DNA of 63,690 bases from an uncultured Eggerthella sp. (GTDB lineage: Bacteria > Actinomycetota > Coriobacteriia > Coriobacteriales > Eggerthellaceae): assembly GCA_900544455.1 (NCBI GenBank), contig UQVJ01000001.1:1-63690 (forward strand), in the 5' to 3' direction. The notes beneath the pieces were generated by a model, which ran no database searches, was not told the DNA's origin, and saw only the letters and a program-made list of their open reading frames with translations. The translations under genes and the position numbers were made by a program. Positions 19,144 through 29,058 of the stretch are shown one piece after another. The first letter of the stretch is position 1, and each line of letters begins with the position of its first letter.

Positions 19144-20328
19144 ATGACGAAGGGAAGATTCGGCATCCATGGTGGGCAGTACATGCCCGAAACGCTGATG
19201 AATGCCGTTATCGAGCTCGAGGAAGCTTACGACCATTACAAGGATGACCCGGAATTCAAGGCGGAGCTGAACACGCTCCTGAATGAATACGCCAACCGTC
19301 CTTCGCTTCTGTACTACGCCGAGCGTCTTACCAAGGCGTTGGGAGGTGCGAAGATCTACCTGAAGCGCGAAGACTTGAACCATACCGGTGCGCACAAGAT
19401 CAACAACGTGCTCGGTCAGGTTCTGCTTGCCAAGAAGATGGGCAAGACGCGCGTTATTGCCGAAACGGGTGCGGGTCAGCACGGTGTTGCCACGGCTACG
19501 GCGGCGGCACTGATGGATATGGAATGCGAAGTCTTCATGGGCAAGGAAGATACCGAGCGTCAGGCACTGAACGTATACAAGATGCGTTTGCTGGGTGCTA
19601 AGGTACATGCTGTGGAAACGGGAACGGCAACGCTGAAAGATGCCGTATCGGAAACTATGCGCGAATGGACTAACCGCATTGCCGATACCCATTACGTGCT
19701 TGGCTCCACTATGGGCCCTCATCCTTTCCCCACCATCGTGCGAGACTTTCAGGCGGTAATCTCGCAAGAGATTATCGATCAATGCATGGAGAAGGAGGGC
19801 CGTTTGCCCGACTGCGTGCTTGCTTGCGTGGGCGGTGGCTCGAACGCCATGGGCACCTTCTATCACTTCATTGAGCATCCCGAAGTTCAACTCATTGGGT
19901 GCGAAGCTGCGGGGCGTGGCATCGACACCTTCGAAACGGCGGCCACCATCAACACGGGCAGCCTTGGTGTATTCCATGGCATGAAGTCGTATTTCTGCCA
20001 GGACAAGTATGGTCAAATCGCGCCAGTGTATTCCATTAGTGCTGGTCTTGATTACCCCGGAATCGGACCCGAGCATGCATGGTTGCACGATACAGGCCGT
20101 GCTCAGTACGTGCCCGTTACCGATGACGAAGCGGTGGATGCCTTCGAGTATCTGAGTCGTTTGGAGGGCATTATCCCTGCTATTGAGAGCGCTCATGCAG
20201 TTGCCTATGCCTGCAAGATCGCGCCGAAAATGAGCAAAGATCAAATTATGGTAGTCACGCTTTCCGGTCGCGGCGATAAGGATTGCGCCGCCATCGCTCG
20301 TTATCGAGGAGAAGATATCAATGAGTAA
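19144..20328 (+). CDS. trpB: Tryptophan synthase beta subunit
   Basis: [46 protein letters not shown]. Confidence 0.98.
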   Translation: MTKGRFGIHGGQYMPETLMNAVIELEEAYDHYKDDPEFKAELNTLLNEYANRPSLLYYAERLTKALGGAKIYLKREDLNHTGAHKINNVLGQVLLAKKMGKTRVIAETGAGQHGVATATAAALMDMECEVFMGKEDTERQALNVYKMRLLGAKVHAVETGTATLKDAVSETMREWTNRIADTHYVLGSTMGPHPFPTIVRDFQAVISQEIIDQCMEKEGRLPDCVLACVGGGSNAMGTFYHFIEHPEVQLIGCEAAGRGIDTFETAATINTGSLGVFHGMKSYFCQDKYGQIAPVYSISAGLDYPGIGPEHAWLHDTGRAQYVPVTDDEAVDAFEYLSRLEGIIPAIESAHAVAYACKIAPKMSKDQIMVVTLSGRGDKDCAAIARYRGEDINE

Positions 20329-21100
20329 CCCCCGCATCAAAGCTGCCTTTCAGGGTGGAAAAGCCTTTATTCCCTTTGTTACCTGCGGCGACCCAAATCT
20401 GGAAACCACCAAGAAAATTGTTGCTGAGCTTGCACGGGCGGGTGCTGCCGTTATCGAGTTGGGCATTCCGTTTTCTGACCCTACAGCAGAAGGGCCAGTA
20501 ATCCAGTCTGCCAATATGCGCGCGCTTGAGGCGGGCACCACCACCGACAAGGTGTTTGATATGGTGGCCGACCTGCGTAAAGCCATCGACACGCCCTTTG
20601 TGTTCATGACCTACGCCAATGTGGTGTTTCACTACGGCATCGAGGAGTTTTGCGCTCGTGCGGCAGAGGTTGGCGTGGATGGGTTAATTCTCCCCGACGT
20701 TCCTTTTGAGGAAAAAGAGGAATTCGCTGGCCCGTGCCGCGCTCACGGTATGGATCTTATCAGCATGATTGCGCCTACGTCTGAGGAGCGCATCGACACG
20801 ATTGCCCGTGATGCAGAAGGCTTCATTTACTGCGTAAGCTCTTTGGGCGTTACGGGAACACGTTCGAGCATCACCACTGATCTCGATTCAATCGTGGCGC
20901 GTATTTGCGCAGTTACCGATACCCCTATTGCCATCGGGTTCGGTATTTCCAACCCTGAGCAAGCGGCAATCATGGCGGCAAAGAGCGATGGCGCTATTGT
21001 TGGATCCGCTATCGTGAAGATTATTGCTGCCGAAGGCGAAAACGCTGTTCTGGCGGTTGGTGAATTTGCCCGCAAGATGGTGGAAGCCGTTCGTGCATAG
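20321..21100 (+). CDS. trpA: Tryptophan synthase alpha subunit
   Basis: [34 protein letters not shown]. Confidence 0.97.
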   Translation: MSNPRIKAAFQGGKAFIPFVTCGDPNLETTKKIVAELARAGAAVIELGIPFSDPTAEGPVIQSANMRALEAGTTTDKVFDMVADLRKAIDTPFVFMTYANVVFHYGIEEFCARAAEVGVDGLILPDVPFEEKEEFAGPCRAHGMDLISMIAPTSEERIDTIARDAEGFIYCVSSLGVTGTRSSITTDLDSIVARICAVTDTPIAIGFGISNPEQAAIMAAKSDGAIVGSAIVKIIAAEGENAVLAVGEFARKMVEAVRA

Positions 21101-21168
21101 CCGCTGGCGCCTGGGGTCTTTCCTATTCGCAACGTATCGAGTGGAAGCCGTTCGTGCATAGCCGCTGG
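21080..21168 (+). repeat. Exact 28-bp direct repeat duplicating the trpA 3' end
   Basis: GTGGAAGCCGTTCGTGCATAGCCGCTGG at 21080-21107 and 21141-21168, separated by 33 bp. Confidence 0.95.
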
Positions 21169-21481
21169 ATATGCAGGGTAATTGCCTTCTTTCGCCTAAG
21201 CGGACCAGGAGCCCGGTCTTCTGGTCCGCTTCTTTATTGGCGGCAACCGGTGTGGTGCCTTCCTTGGTCGGGGGGGGGTGCAAGGAGCAAGCCCAATTGC
21301 GAAGGCCGGCTGTTTCGTTGCGGCGCCAAAAGGCCATGAAGCAGCAGGCATGGATTCGGCGTGGTTATCAAGCGATGAAACGGTGACGGCTTGGTCAAGA
21401 ATGAGTGAAAAGCGCGTGGAGGGGGTGGCGGTCTTCTTCCAGGCTGCTAGGTTGGAAAGCCGAGAGAAAGGAAGCGCATCG

Positions 21482-22450
21482 ATGGCGAATTCGGTTCAGC
21501 AAAGTGGCGATGGTGCTAGGAAGGGCAAGCTGGCGGTACTGTTCGAGGATCTTTCGATTGCTCAGGTGATTGCTGGTGCCCTAGCGGCTGCAACGGTGTT
21601 TTTGCTGTCTTCCGTTATCGGTGTTGCTGGCTCTTTGATCGGCGCGGCGGTTGGCTCGGTCGTATCGGCTGTTTCGTCTCAGGTGTATAAGAAAATGCTA
21701 TCTGCTTCTGCCGACAAGATTCGCGATGTTGCACCAGATGGGGTATCGGCAAATCAGGCAGATCTCAACGAAACGCGTTTGATGGCCCCGGTTTCGTCGA
21801 GTAAAACCCGCGTTATCGATTCGGGGAAGGTTGCTGCAAGTGCAACGAAGGTTATGGGTGCTGACGACATTCGCTACCAAGTTCATGCTTCGTCGGATAA
21901 GGCGGTAGATCCCGCACTGCAACGTGCACATGTGCGTCGCCGTCGGAAGGCTCGCGTTCAGCGGAGTGTGATTATCGTTTCCGTTGTTTCTGCTTTGATC
22001 GCCATTGTGATTTCGGCGGGGCTCATCCACGTATTTACCGATGGCCAGGGCATTGGTGAAAAGACAGAGCCCATATTCACAGCAAGCGAGGCATCCCAGG
22101 CAAAGCAAAGCTCTTCGGCCAACAGCGGAGCTGCGAAGGAAGCAACCTCAAATGAATCGACGTCCACCAAGTCGAATGAAGGCCCTTCCCAGTCGGGGGA
22201 ATCCTCGAGCGCCGATTCGTCCAACTCGTCCAATAGCAGCAGCTCCGGTTCGGGATCCTCTGGCTCTTCGAATGGCAGCTCGTCTTCTTCCGGTAGCGCT
22301 TCGGAAAATTCCGGCTCTTCGACCGGTTCGGGTTCCAGCTCGTCTGGGAACGAAGCCCCTGGGTCTTCTGCTGGCTCTTCGGCCGGTTCGGGATCGTCCT
22401 CTGGTTCTTCCGGCAGCGGTTCGGCTTCCGCTGGCTCGAACAACGGCTAA
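21482..22450 (+). CDS. Hypothetical membrane protein with Ser/Gly-rich low-complexity C-terminal tail
   Basis: AGAAAGGA RBS; N-terminal hydrophobic hairpin, basic RRRRK patch plus TM helix, then about 110 aa of S/G/N-rich sequence. Confidence 0.8.
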   Translation: MANSVQQSGDGARKGKLAVLFEDLSIAQVIAGALAAATVFLLSSVIGVAGSLIGAAVGSVVSAVSSQVYKKMLSASADKIRDVAPDGVSANQADLNETRLMAPVSSSKTRVIDSGKVAASATKVMGADDIRYQVHASSDKAVDPALQRAHVRRRRKARVQRSVIIVSVVSALIAIVISAGLIHVFTDGQGIGEKTEPIFTASEASQAKQSSSANSGAAKEATSNESTSTKSNEGPSQSGESSSADSSNSSNSSSSGSGSSGSSNGSSSSSGSASENSGSSTGSGSSSSGNEAPGSSAGSSAGSGSSSGSSGSGSASAGSNNG

Positions 22451-22593
22451 GAGCAAGCCCCCCGACGGTTTTTTGCCGTACCCCGTTCTTTGCTATGTCA
22501 AGTGGGGCATTTTGCTGCTTTCAATTCCCTTACGGCGGCGGTTGTGACGTGCGGAAAAGGGTATGATGGTGGTTCTAAGGAAAGGAACGCTCC

Positions 22594-22935
22594 ATGGCTC
22601 TTATTGCACGACTCCTTCAGTCGTTACCGCTTGTCATAGTACTGGTTCTTCTGGCTCTGATCATCTATTTTGTGGTGTCGTGGGCTCGCTCGCCTGAGCG
22701 CGCAAAGGAAGTGCTTATCAAGTTCTTCACCGTGCTCAATTCGATTCTTTCGATCTTCTTCCTTTTGGCCACTGCATATGCGTTTTTCGAGGGCAATCAA
22801 CCGGTGTTGGAGCTCACGGTTTCATTCTTGGTGGTTACCGTGCTGGCTCTTGCCATCACCCGCATTTGTCGCTGGCGCTTTGTGAAGAACCATCCCCATT
22901 ACATGGATAAAAGCCAGAGGGTTACCTTCCTATAA
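22594..22935 (+). CDS. Hypothetical three-TM membrane protein
   Basis: AAGGAAAGGA RBS; 113 aa with three hydrophobic segments. Confidence 0.8.
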   Translation: MALIARLLQSLPLVIVLVLLALIIYFVVSWARSPERAKEVLIKFFTVLNSILSIFFLLATAYAFFEGNQPVLELTVSFLVVTVLALAITRICRWRFVKNHPHYMDKSQRVTFL

Positions 22936-22969
22936 AAAGAACGTCCCGCCTGAACCGAGTCCTAATGCT

Positions 22970-23002
22970 GAACCCGAAATGATAGTTCATTTCGGGTTCT
23001 TT
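22970..23002 (+). terminator. Intrinsic terminator
   Basis: 13-bp perfect stem GAACCCGAAATGA/TCATTTCGGGTTC followed by TTT. Confidence 0.75.
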
Positions 23003-23316
23003 CGTATCGGAAGGCGCTTTTGCACCAGGAAGCAATTTGGATCAAGAGGGGGGCGCTCGTCGAAGCTGCTGGTTTTCTTTGGCGCAATGTAATGTGCTTG
23101 GCTTGAGCGGTGATGCTTTTTCTGAATAGTGCTAGACGTTTTCATCAATATGTTGGGTTTTTGAACGTCTGAACAACAGGATGCTTTCATGCGGGTAACC
23201 GAACCGTCTGGCTTCGCGGGAGTATGTCGGGGGAGCGTCATACTGATGATTGCAAGGTGGGTGACCAAATCCGAGCGAGCGGGGGCTTGCTCGGCTATCG
23301 CCAAGGGGGAATAACC

Positions 23317-23910
23317 GTGAGCACCGTCGATAAGAAGCTTATGGGGCAGATGCTTCGATTTGCTAAAGCTGTTGTAATCACCAGTGCAAATGCAAAGGAA
23401 GGCACATCGGTTGCCGATTGCGAAAAGCCTGGTAAACGCGACGCCGAATACCTACGTGCCATTATGGAGCGAGGGCTTCGCACCCTGCCTCTTGAACAGC
23501 GCGTCCTTTCGGAGGCCGCTTTCGATAAGCGTGCATTTGATCTGGGCAAGGTTTTTGTTATTCGCCAGTTGGGCATTTGGGAAATGATGAGCTACGAAAC
23601 CCTTCGTCGTGACAGTGAATATGTGGCTTTCCCCGAATTGCTTGATGGCATGGAAAAAGAGGGTTTGGTAAAGCGCATCGTTGACACGGTTGATGGGAAA
23701 GACAACGATGTGGTGATCCTTACCGAAGCCGGCAAGCAGATGTTCTCCGAACAGGAAGAGGCTCTTGAACAGCGCGCTGAAGAACTGTTTGGTAACCTTA
23801 CCGAGGGCGAGAAAATGCAACTCTATTTGTTGCTGCGCAAGGTTCAGGGTTCCCCTGCATACGAATCGGAATCTTCTGCTGATGTGCGCAAGCGTGCAGG
23901 AATCGCGTAA
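23317..23910 (+). CDS. Divergent MarR-like winged-helix protein
   Basis: C-terminal half LLDGMEKEGLVKR...VILTEAGK...NLTEGEKMQLYLLLRK is MarR-like; GTG start after AAGGGGGA. Confidence 0.7.
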   Translation: MSTVDKKLMGQMLRFAKAVVITSANAKEGTSVADCEKPGKRDAEYLRAIMERGLRTLPLEQRVLSEAAFDKRAFDLGKVFVIRQLGIWEMMSYETLRRDSEYVAFPELLDGMEKEGLVKRIVDTVDGKDNDVVILTEAGKQMFSEQEEALEQRAEELFGNLTEGEKMQLYLLLRKVQGSPAYESESSADVRKRAGIA

Positions 23911-23974
23911 CGGGCTAAAACAGGGTAATGCCTTGTCATTCCAGAAAGCCTGGCCAATGAACTAGGGGCCAGGA

Positions 23975-24018
23975 AATCAAGAGGCCTTAGGGAGGGGTTT
24001 CCCTAAGGCCTCTTGATT
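23975..24018. terminator. Bidirectional terminator-like hairpin
   Basis: 19-bp perfect stem AATCAAGAGGCCTTAGGGA/TCCCTAAGGCCTCTTGATT between convergent genes. Confidence 0.8.
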
Positions 24019-24033
24019 GATTCGATACGCGTT

Positions 24034-25857
24034 TTAGTCGTTGTCGGTCTCTGTCTTCAGCTTGTGGCAGGCTTCCGCCATTTCATCAACCATTTCATCG
24101 AAGAGTTTTAGGGCATCTTCGACGGGTTTGGGGCTGAGCATGTCAACGCCAGCGCCACGCAGAAGGTCGATTGGCGGCTTGGAGCTGCCACCCCTCAGGA
24201 AGCCCAGGTAGTCTTCGCGGCTCTCTTCTCCCAAGTCCAAAATGCGCTGAGAGAGCGCAATGGCGGCTGCGAAGCCCGTTGCGTATTGGTATACGTAGAA
24301 GCGGTAGTAGAAGTGGGGGATGCGCGCCCATTCGAGGGCGATGTTCTCGTCGAGTGCAATGCCGTCGCCGAAGTACTGCGCGTTCAGTTCCTCGTAGATG
24401 CCGCAGAGTGCATCGGCGGTGATACCTGCGCCCTGCGCAGTGAGCTCGGCTACCTTAAGCTCGAACTCGGCGAACATCGTTTGGCGGTACAGCGTTGCGC
24501 GGAACTGCTCCAAGAAGTGGTTTAGGAAGTAGGCGCGCTCGCGTTCGCTCTTAGCATGGTCAAGGAAGTAGCGCGTAAGCAGCGCTTCGTTGCAGGTAGA
24601 TGCCACTTCTGCCACGAAGATGACGTAGTCGGAATAGCATACAGGCTGATTGGCGCAAGAAAGATACGTGTGGATGGAATGGCCCATTTCGTGGATCAGC
24701 GTGAACACATCATCGAGCTTACCCTGGAAATTGAGCAGGATTACCGGGTGCATGCCGTAGCCGCCGGCGGAGTAGGCGCCGCTGCGTTTGCCCGGAGTTT
24801 CGTACACGTCGATCCATCGCTCCGAAAGGCCGCGGCGTACTAAGGAAAGGTAGTCTTCACCCATGGGACGCAGCGCTTCCAGGATGATGTCGCAGGCTTC
24901 TTCGTAGGTGAAGGTGAGTTCTACATCGTCGACGATAGGCACGTACAGATCGGAGAAGCGCAGCTCGTCTACGTCCAGCAGCTCTTTGCGCAAGGCGACG
25001 TACTTGTACATGGCATCCATGTTGTTATGCACGGTGTCGATGAGGTTCATGTACACCTGGGTCGGTACTTCGTTGGCAGAGAGCGCTGCTTCCAGGGCGG
25101 AGCTGTAACGACGCGCTTCCGCGAAGAACTTCAGTTGTTTGTTCTGGGCGCCTAGCGTTGCGGCGAAGGTGTTGCGGAATTGGCGGTAGCTGGAATACAG
25201 CGATTCGTAGGCAGATTCGCGCAGCGTTCGATCGGCTGACATCATAAGGGGGATGTAACTGCCGTGCGTTACCGGATGCGCAACACCTTCGGCATCATGT
25301 GCGTCGGGGAATGTAAGATCGGCATCGTTGAGCAGGGAAAAGATATTGTCGGGTTGGTTGGCCATGTCGCCCGCAGCTGCCAGGAGCTTCTCTTCAGCAG
25401 GAGAGAGCACGTGCTCGCGCCTGCTGAAGATGACATCCAGGCAGCGGCGATACAGCTCCAGCCCTGGTTCCTGCGAGTAAAACTGCTCCATTTCCTGCTC
25501 GCTTAAGCCAAGTAGCTCGGAGGTGAACCAGGAAGAAGCACTGGAGATCGAAACCCAGAGCGTCATAACCTGGCTCGAATAGTCCTGGTAGCGCGATTCG
25601 CGCGTGTCTTCGTCGCTTTTTCGTTCGGCGTAGTTAACCAGCTTGGTAAGGGCCAGGCCCGCTTCGTCATCGAGCTTTAGATAGGCAAGCAGGTCGGTAG
25701 CCGAAGTGCTGATTTTTCCCTGGAACGATGCGAATTGGGACGGCAGTTCCTTTGCTTCCTCGAGCGCAGCCAAGAAAGCCTCGTCGCTTTCGAAGACGCT
25801 GGAAAGATCCCAGCGATACTGCTCGTCGATCTCGTCGCGGGAAGAATACGTTGTCAT
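24034..25857 (-). CDS. pepF: Oligoendopeptidase F (M3B)
   Basis: RWDLS start, GKRSGAYS, HEMGHSIH, AEVASTCNE, WARIPHFY. Confidence 0.96.
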   Translation of the reverse strand: MTTYSSRDEIDEQYRWDLSSVFESDEAFLAALEEAKELPSQFASFQGKISTSATDLLAYLKLDDEAGLALTKLVNYAERKSDEDTRESRYQDYSSQVMTLWVSISSASSWFTSELLGLSEQEMEQFYSQEPGLELYRRCLDVIFSRREHVLSPAEEKLLAAAGDMANQPDNIFSLLNDADLTFPDAHDAEGVAHPVTHGSYIPLMMSADRTLRESAYESLYSSYRQFRNTFAATLGAQNKQLKFFAEARRYSSALEAALSANEVPTQVYMNLIDTVHNNMDAMYKYVALRKELLDVDELRFSDLYVPIVDDVELTFTYEEACDIILEALRPMGEDYLSLVRRGLSERWIDVYETPGKRSGAYSAGGYGMHPVILLNFQGKLDDVFTLIHEMGHSIHTYLSCANQPVCYSDYVIFVAEVASTCNEALLTRYFLDHAKSERERAYFLNHFLEQFRATLYRQTMFAEFELKVAELTAQGAGITADALCGIYEELNAQYFGDGIALDENIALEWARIPHFYYRFYVYQYATGFAAAIALSQRILDLGEESREDYLGFLRGGSSKPPIDLLRGAGVDMLSPKPVEDALKLFDEMVDEMAEACHKLKTETDND

Positions 25858-25976
25858 TGCGTGCTCCTTGCGTATGCTTGGCAGCTTTTCCGTACATTGA
25901 ACTGTTTGTGCTCGGCGGTGGAGCCGTGGCGCTCGACGGGAGCGACTGCCAAGTGTTTACCTTTTCGCAAGCAATA

Positions 25977-27932
25977 CTACGACATTGGCTGCAACTTACG
26001 TTGCTGGTACAGCCCATTGTCATAGAAACCGAGTTTTCGATAATACCCACGCGTGCCAACGGCGCTGATAACGTTGATGCGTTGGTATCCTGCCTGGGAG
26101 GCGAGCTCGCAAGCGCGGTTTACCAGCTGGGTGCCCAAACCGCGATGTTGGGCATTGTTGATGCCGGCGTGCTGCAGTTTTTCCACTCGGCCATATACGT
26201 GCACTTCACGGATCATTGCTTCGCCCGCTTGGAGGGGAAAGGGTAGGGCGTAAGCGCTATCGGTCGTCTTGGACGTTGCCTCTTGGTACTCTTCTTCTAA
26301 CTGGGCTATTGCATTGGCGTGGGGCAGCGAAAGGCGCAGGAAGCCAGCAATCTTTCCTTGCGGCGTTACCCATTGAAGGAAGCGTTCGCCGGTGGCAGTG
26401 GTTTCGTACTCGATTATCTCAAGCGAAAGGTCTTCAGCGGAAACGTTGGCAAGGCTCACTTCGCGATGGCGAATTTCTGCCGTGGCAAGACCTTCGGAAT
26501 CAATTCGCTGTTCAACCAGCTGGCGCAGGTTCACCTTTTTATTGCCCGCTTTGATATCGGGTGCCGAAATGTCTCGAATCATGCGGGAAATGCGCGTAAA
26601 GGCAGGTGTTGCGCAGGTGTCGGAGACCAACACGTCTACCAAACTGGGTTCAGGGTAGGGCTGCCAGGTGCGATCTTCGTAGCGCTCGCAGAGCCCGGTT
26701 CCTTCCACAAGGACGCAGGGGTAGAGCTTCACTTCGTCGGGTTGGAAGGCGGGATCATTACAAAGACGCAGGTAGTCGGCTTTATCCGATTCTGGTGTGG
26801 CACCCAGTAAATTCACCATGGCATGAACATGGGTTTTGAAGCCGAACAAACGCAGCAGCTCGAATGCGCGTTGGATTTGCTCCGTAGAGGTATGCCGGTC
26901 GTTGAGCGTATGCACCTTTTCATCCAGACTTTGGATGCCCATTTGAACTTTAGTGCAGCCCATGCGGCGCAGTGCCGCCAAGTGGGTGGGCGTTATGCGC
27001 TCGGGACGCGTTTCTATTACCAAGCCTACTACGCGGTGGTGTCCATCGACGTTGGCAAGGTGTTCGGCTTCGAGTTCTTCCCACGTTGCCTTTTGCCATT
27101 GGGCAACCGATGCCCATGCGTCATTTTCGCCATACAAACGGTCAAAGGCCTGGTTGTATGTTGTTTCTCGGTTGTCGATACGATGCTGTTCTTCAGAAAC
27201 GAAGCGCTTGAGGGATTCTGGGTCGCAGGAGATTCCCGCCGATTCGTAGGCGCGTTTGCGTGCGGGAAGGCTCTCATGCGCCTGGGAGCCATCGTTCAGC
27301 GCCCGGAACAGTTCGCGGATGAACCAGATCTGATAGCTTTCCGGGTAATCGCTCCAAGTGCCGCCCAAAACGATGAGCTCGACTTTGTCGGTGACGTGGC
27401 CCATTTCGGTGAGGGCCTTGAGGCGCGCAGCTACCTGCAAGTAGGGATCGAAGAAGGTGCGCTCGGCGCGCTGACACGCAGGCTCGTCGGCCAGATAGCT
27501 TTTGGGCATGCGTAAATCGTTGGGGCAGTACAGGCAGTTGCTTGAGCACTTCCATGGCTTGGTGAGCACGGTGATGGTGGCAACGCCCGAAGCGGTGCGA
27601 CGGGGTTTCATCTGCAGGGTGCGGACAAGGCGGCGCTGTTGTTCTTCGCTTAAGCCCCAATCGTTCCAACGCTGCGGCTGGTTTTTCTGCACGTCAAGGT
27701 AGAAAGCCATGAGTTGGCGCTTCGAGAGGGGGCGTGCTTTTGGCAGTTCCGAAGGCTCAGGTGTGTGGTTTTGGACGCTGCCGTTTGTAGCGTTTGGTTC
27801 AGTGCACCCGCCAGCGCGTTGTGATTCAAGAATGCGCTTGTTGTGGCGGTTGATTACCTTTGTGAGTTCGCGCTCATCAAGGCGCTCCTTTGCCTTAAGC
27901 GCATCGAGTATGTCAAAAAGAGCTTGTTCCAT
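25977..27932 (-). CDS. elp3: Elp3-family radical SAM/GNAT protein (tRNA U34 carboxymethyl/acetyltransferase)
   Basis: KPRRTASGVATITV, CSSNCLYCP, PKSY, LGGTW, ETRP, IREVHVYG, QHRGLG, ISAVGTRGYYRKLG. Confidence 0.9.
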   Translation of the reverse strand: MEQALFDILDALKAKERLDERELTKVINRHNKRILESQRAGGCTEPNATNGSVQNHTPEPSELPKARPLSKRQLMAFYLDVQKNQPQRWNDWGLSEEQQRRLVRTLQMKPRRTASGVATITVLTKPWKCSSNCLYCPNDLRMPKSYLADEPACQRAERTFFDPYLQVAARLKALTEMGHVTDKVELIVLGGTWSDYPESYQIWFIRELFRALNDGSQAHESLPARKRAYESAGISCDPESLKRFVSEEQHRIDNRETTYNQAFDRLYGENDAWASVAQWQKATWEELEAEHLANVDGHHRVVGLVIETRPERITPTHLAALRRMGCTKVQMGIQSLDEKVHTLNDRHTSTEQIQRAFELLRLFGFKTHVHAMVNLLGATPESDKADYLRLCNDPAFQPDEVKLYPCVLVEGTGLCERYEDRTWQPYPEPSLVDVLVSDTCATPAFTRISRMIRDISAPDIKAGNKKVNLRQLVEQRIDSEGLATAEIRHREVSLANVSAEDLSLEIIEYETTATGERFLQWVTPQGKIAGFLRLSLPHANAIAQLEEEYQEATSKTTDSAYALPFPLQAGEAMIREVHVYGRVEKLQHAGINNAQHRGLGTQLVNRACELASQAGYQRINVISAVGTRGYYRKLGFYDNGLYQQRKLQPMS

Positions 27933-28008
27933 GCGCCTGATTATAGGCGAAGGCGAAATCTGTCATGTTGGTGATGCAGGCGCTTTGGGCGATATGCCTC
28001 CCGAAGCC

Positions 28009-29058
28009 CTATGCGAACAGCATGAACAGGTGAGCAAGAAGGAAACCGATAAGGCCGCAGGCAGGGAAGGTAAGCACCCATGCAAGAACCATGTTTCGGG
28101 CAATTCCCCAGTTAACGCGCTTGAACGATTTGCTGGCGCCAACGCCCATGATGGCCGATGTGTTGCAGTGTCCAGTGGAAACGGGCATGCCGGTAAGGCT
28201 TGCAAACAGTAGCGTGAAGGTGGTGGAGAAATTGGCGGCTACGCCCTGATATTTTTCAAGCTTGACCATGTCCATGCCCACCGATTTGATGATGCGCTTG
28301 CCGCCGACGATGGTGCCCAATGAAATGGCAAGCGAGCAGATGATCATGAGCCACATGGGGAATCCGCTGGAATCGGGGGTTGGGTTTCCGAAGGAAAGGG
28401 CAATGCCCAGCATGGCGATAGACATGAACTTCTGGCCGTCTTGAGCGCCATGCAAAAATGAAAGAGCTACGGCGCATACGTCTTGGATGCCGGTAAAAGC
28501 GTGGTTTGCTGCCTGGCGGTTTACGTGTTTGCAGGCTCTTTCGATGACCTTAACAAACAGCCAGCCAAGGAAAAAGCCGGCTACCAGCGAAAACACCATG
28601 CCGTAAATAACCTTGGCCCATTCTGCGGGAACTACACCTGCAAGTCCGTTCAGGGCAATGGCGCCGCCCGTTACGCCAGCGATAAGGCTGTGGGATTTCG
28701 AACAGGGAATGCCGAAGAACCAGCAGAAGATACCCCATAAAATGGCGCCGATCATTGCCGCCATCAGGGCGTAAAGCGCCGCATCGGTGTTGCCCGAGAA
28801 GTCGACCATCCCGAACATCGTTTTGGCTACGGCGGTTGATATGTAGGTCATACCCACAAGACCCACGAAATTGAATACCGCAGCCAGTCCGATGGCGACG
28901 CTGGGCTTTAAGCAGCGAGTGGAAACAACGGTGGCAATAGCGTTTGGCGCATCGGTAGCACCTGATACGGCGGTAACGCCGATTACCAGAATCAAAATGA
29001 CGAAGAGGCTTGGTTGAGCCATAGCCTGAGAGATGAAATCAAAGAAAGAAAGCGCCAT
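28009..29058 (-). CDS. Inorganic phosphate transporter (PiT family), second paralog
   Basis: GATDAPNAIAT and LHGAQDGQK signatures; AAGGA RBS. Confidence 0.93.
   Translation of the reverse strand: MALSFFDFISQAMAQPSLFVILILVIGVTAVSGATDAPNAIATVVSTRCLKPSVAIGLAAVFNFVGLVGMTYISTAVAKTMFGMVDFSGNTDAALYALMAAMIGAILWGIFCWFFGIPCSKSHSLIAGVTGGAIALNGLAGVVPAEWAKVIYGMVFSLVAGFFLGWLFVKVIERACKHVNRQAANHAFTGIQDVCAVALSFLHGAQDGQKFMSIAMLGIALSFGNPTPDSSGFPMWLMIICSLAISLGTIVGGKRIIKSVGMDMVKLEKYQGVAANFSTTFTLLFASLTGMPVSTGHCNTSAIMGVGASKSFKRVNWGIARNMVLAWVLTFPACGLIGFLLAHLFMLFA

Noticed and set aside
21080..21168. Minimal CRISPR array (28-bp repeat, 33-bp spacer)
   Set aside because: Only two copies, the repeat is the trpA coding end, it is not a CRISPR-type palindrome, and there are no cas genes in the window.
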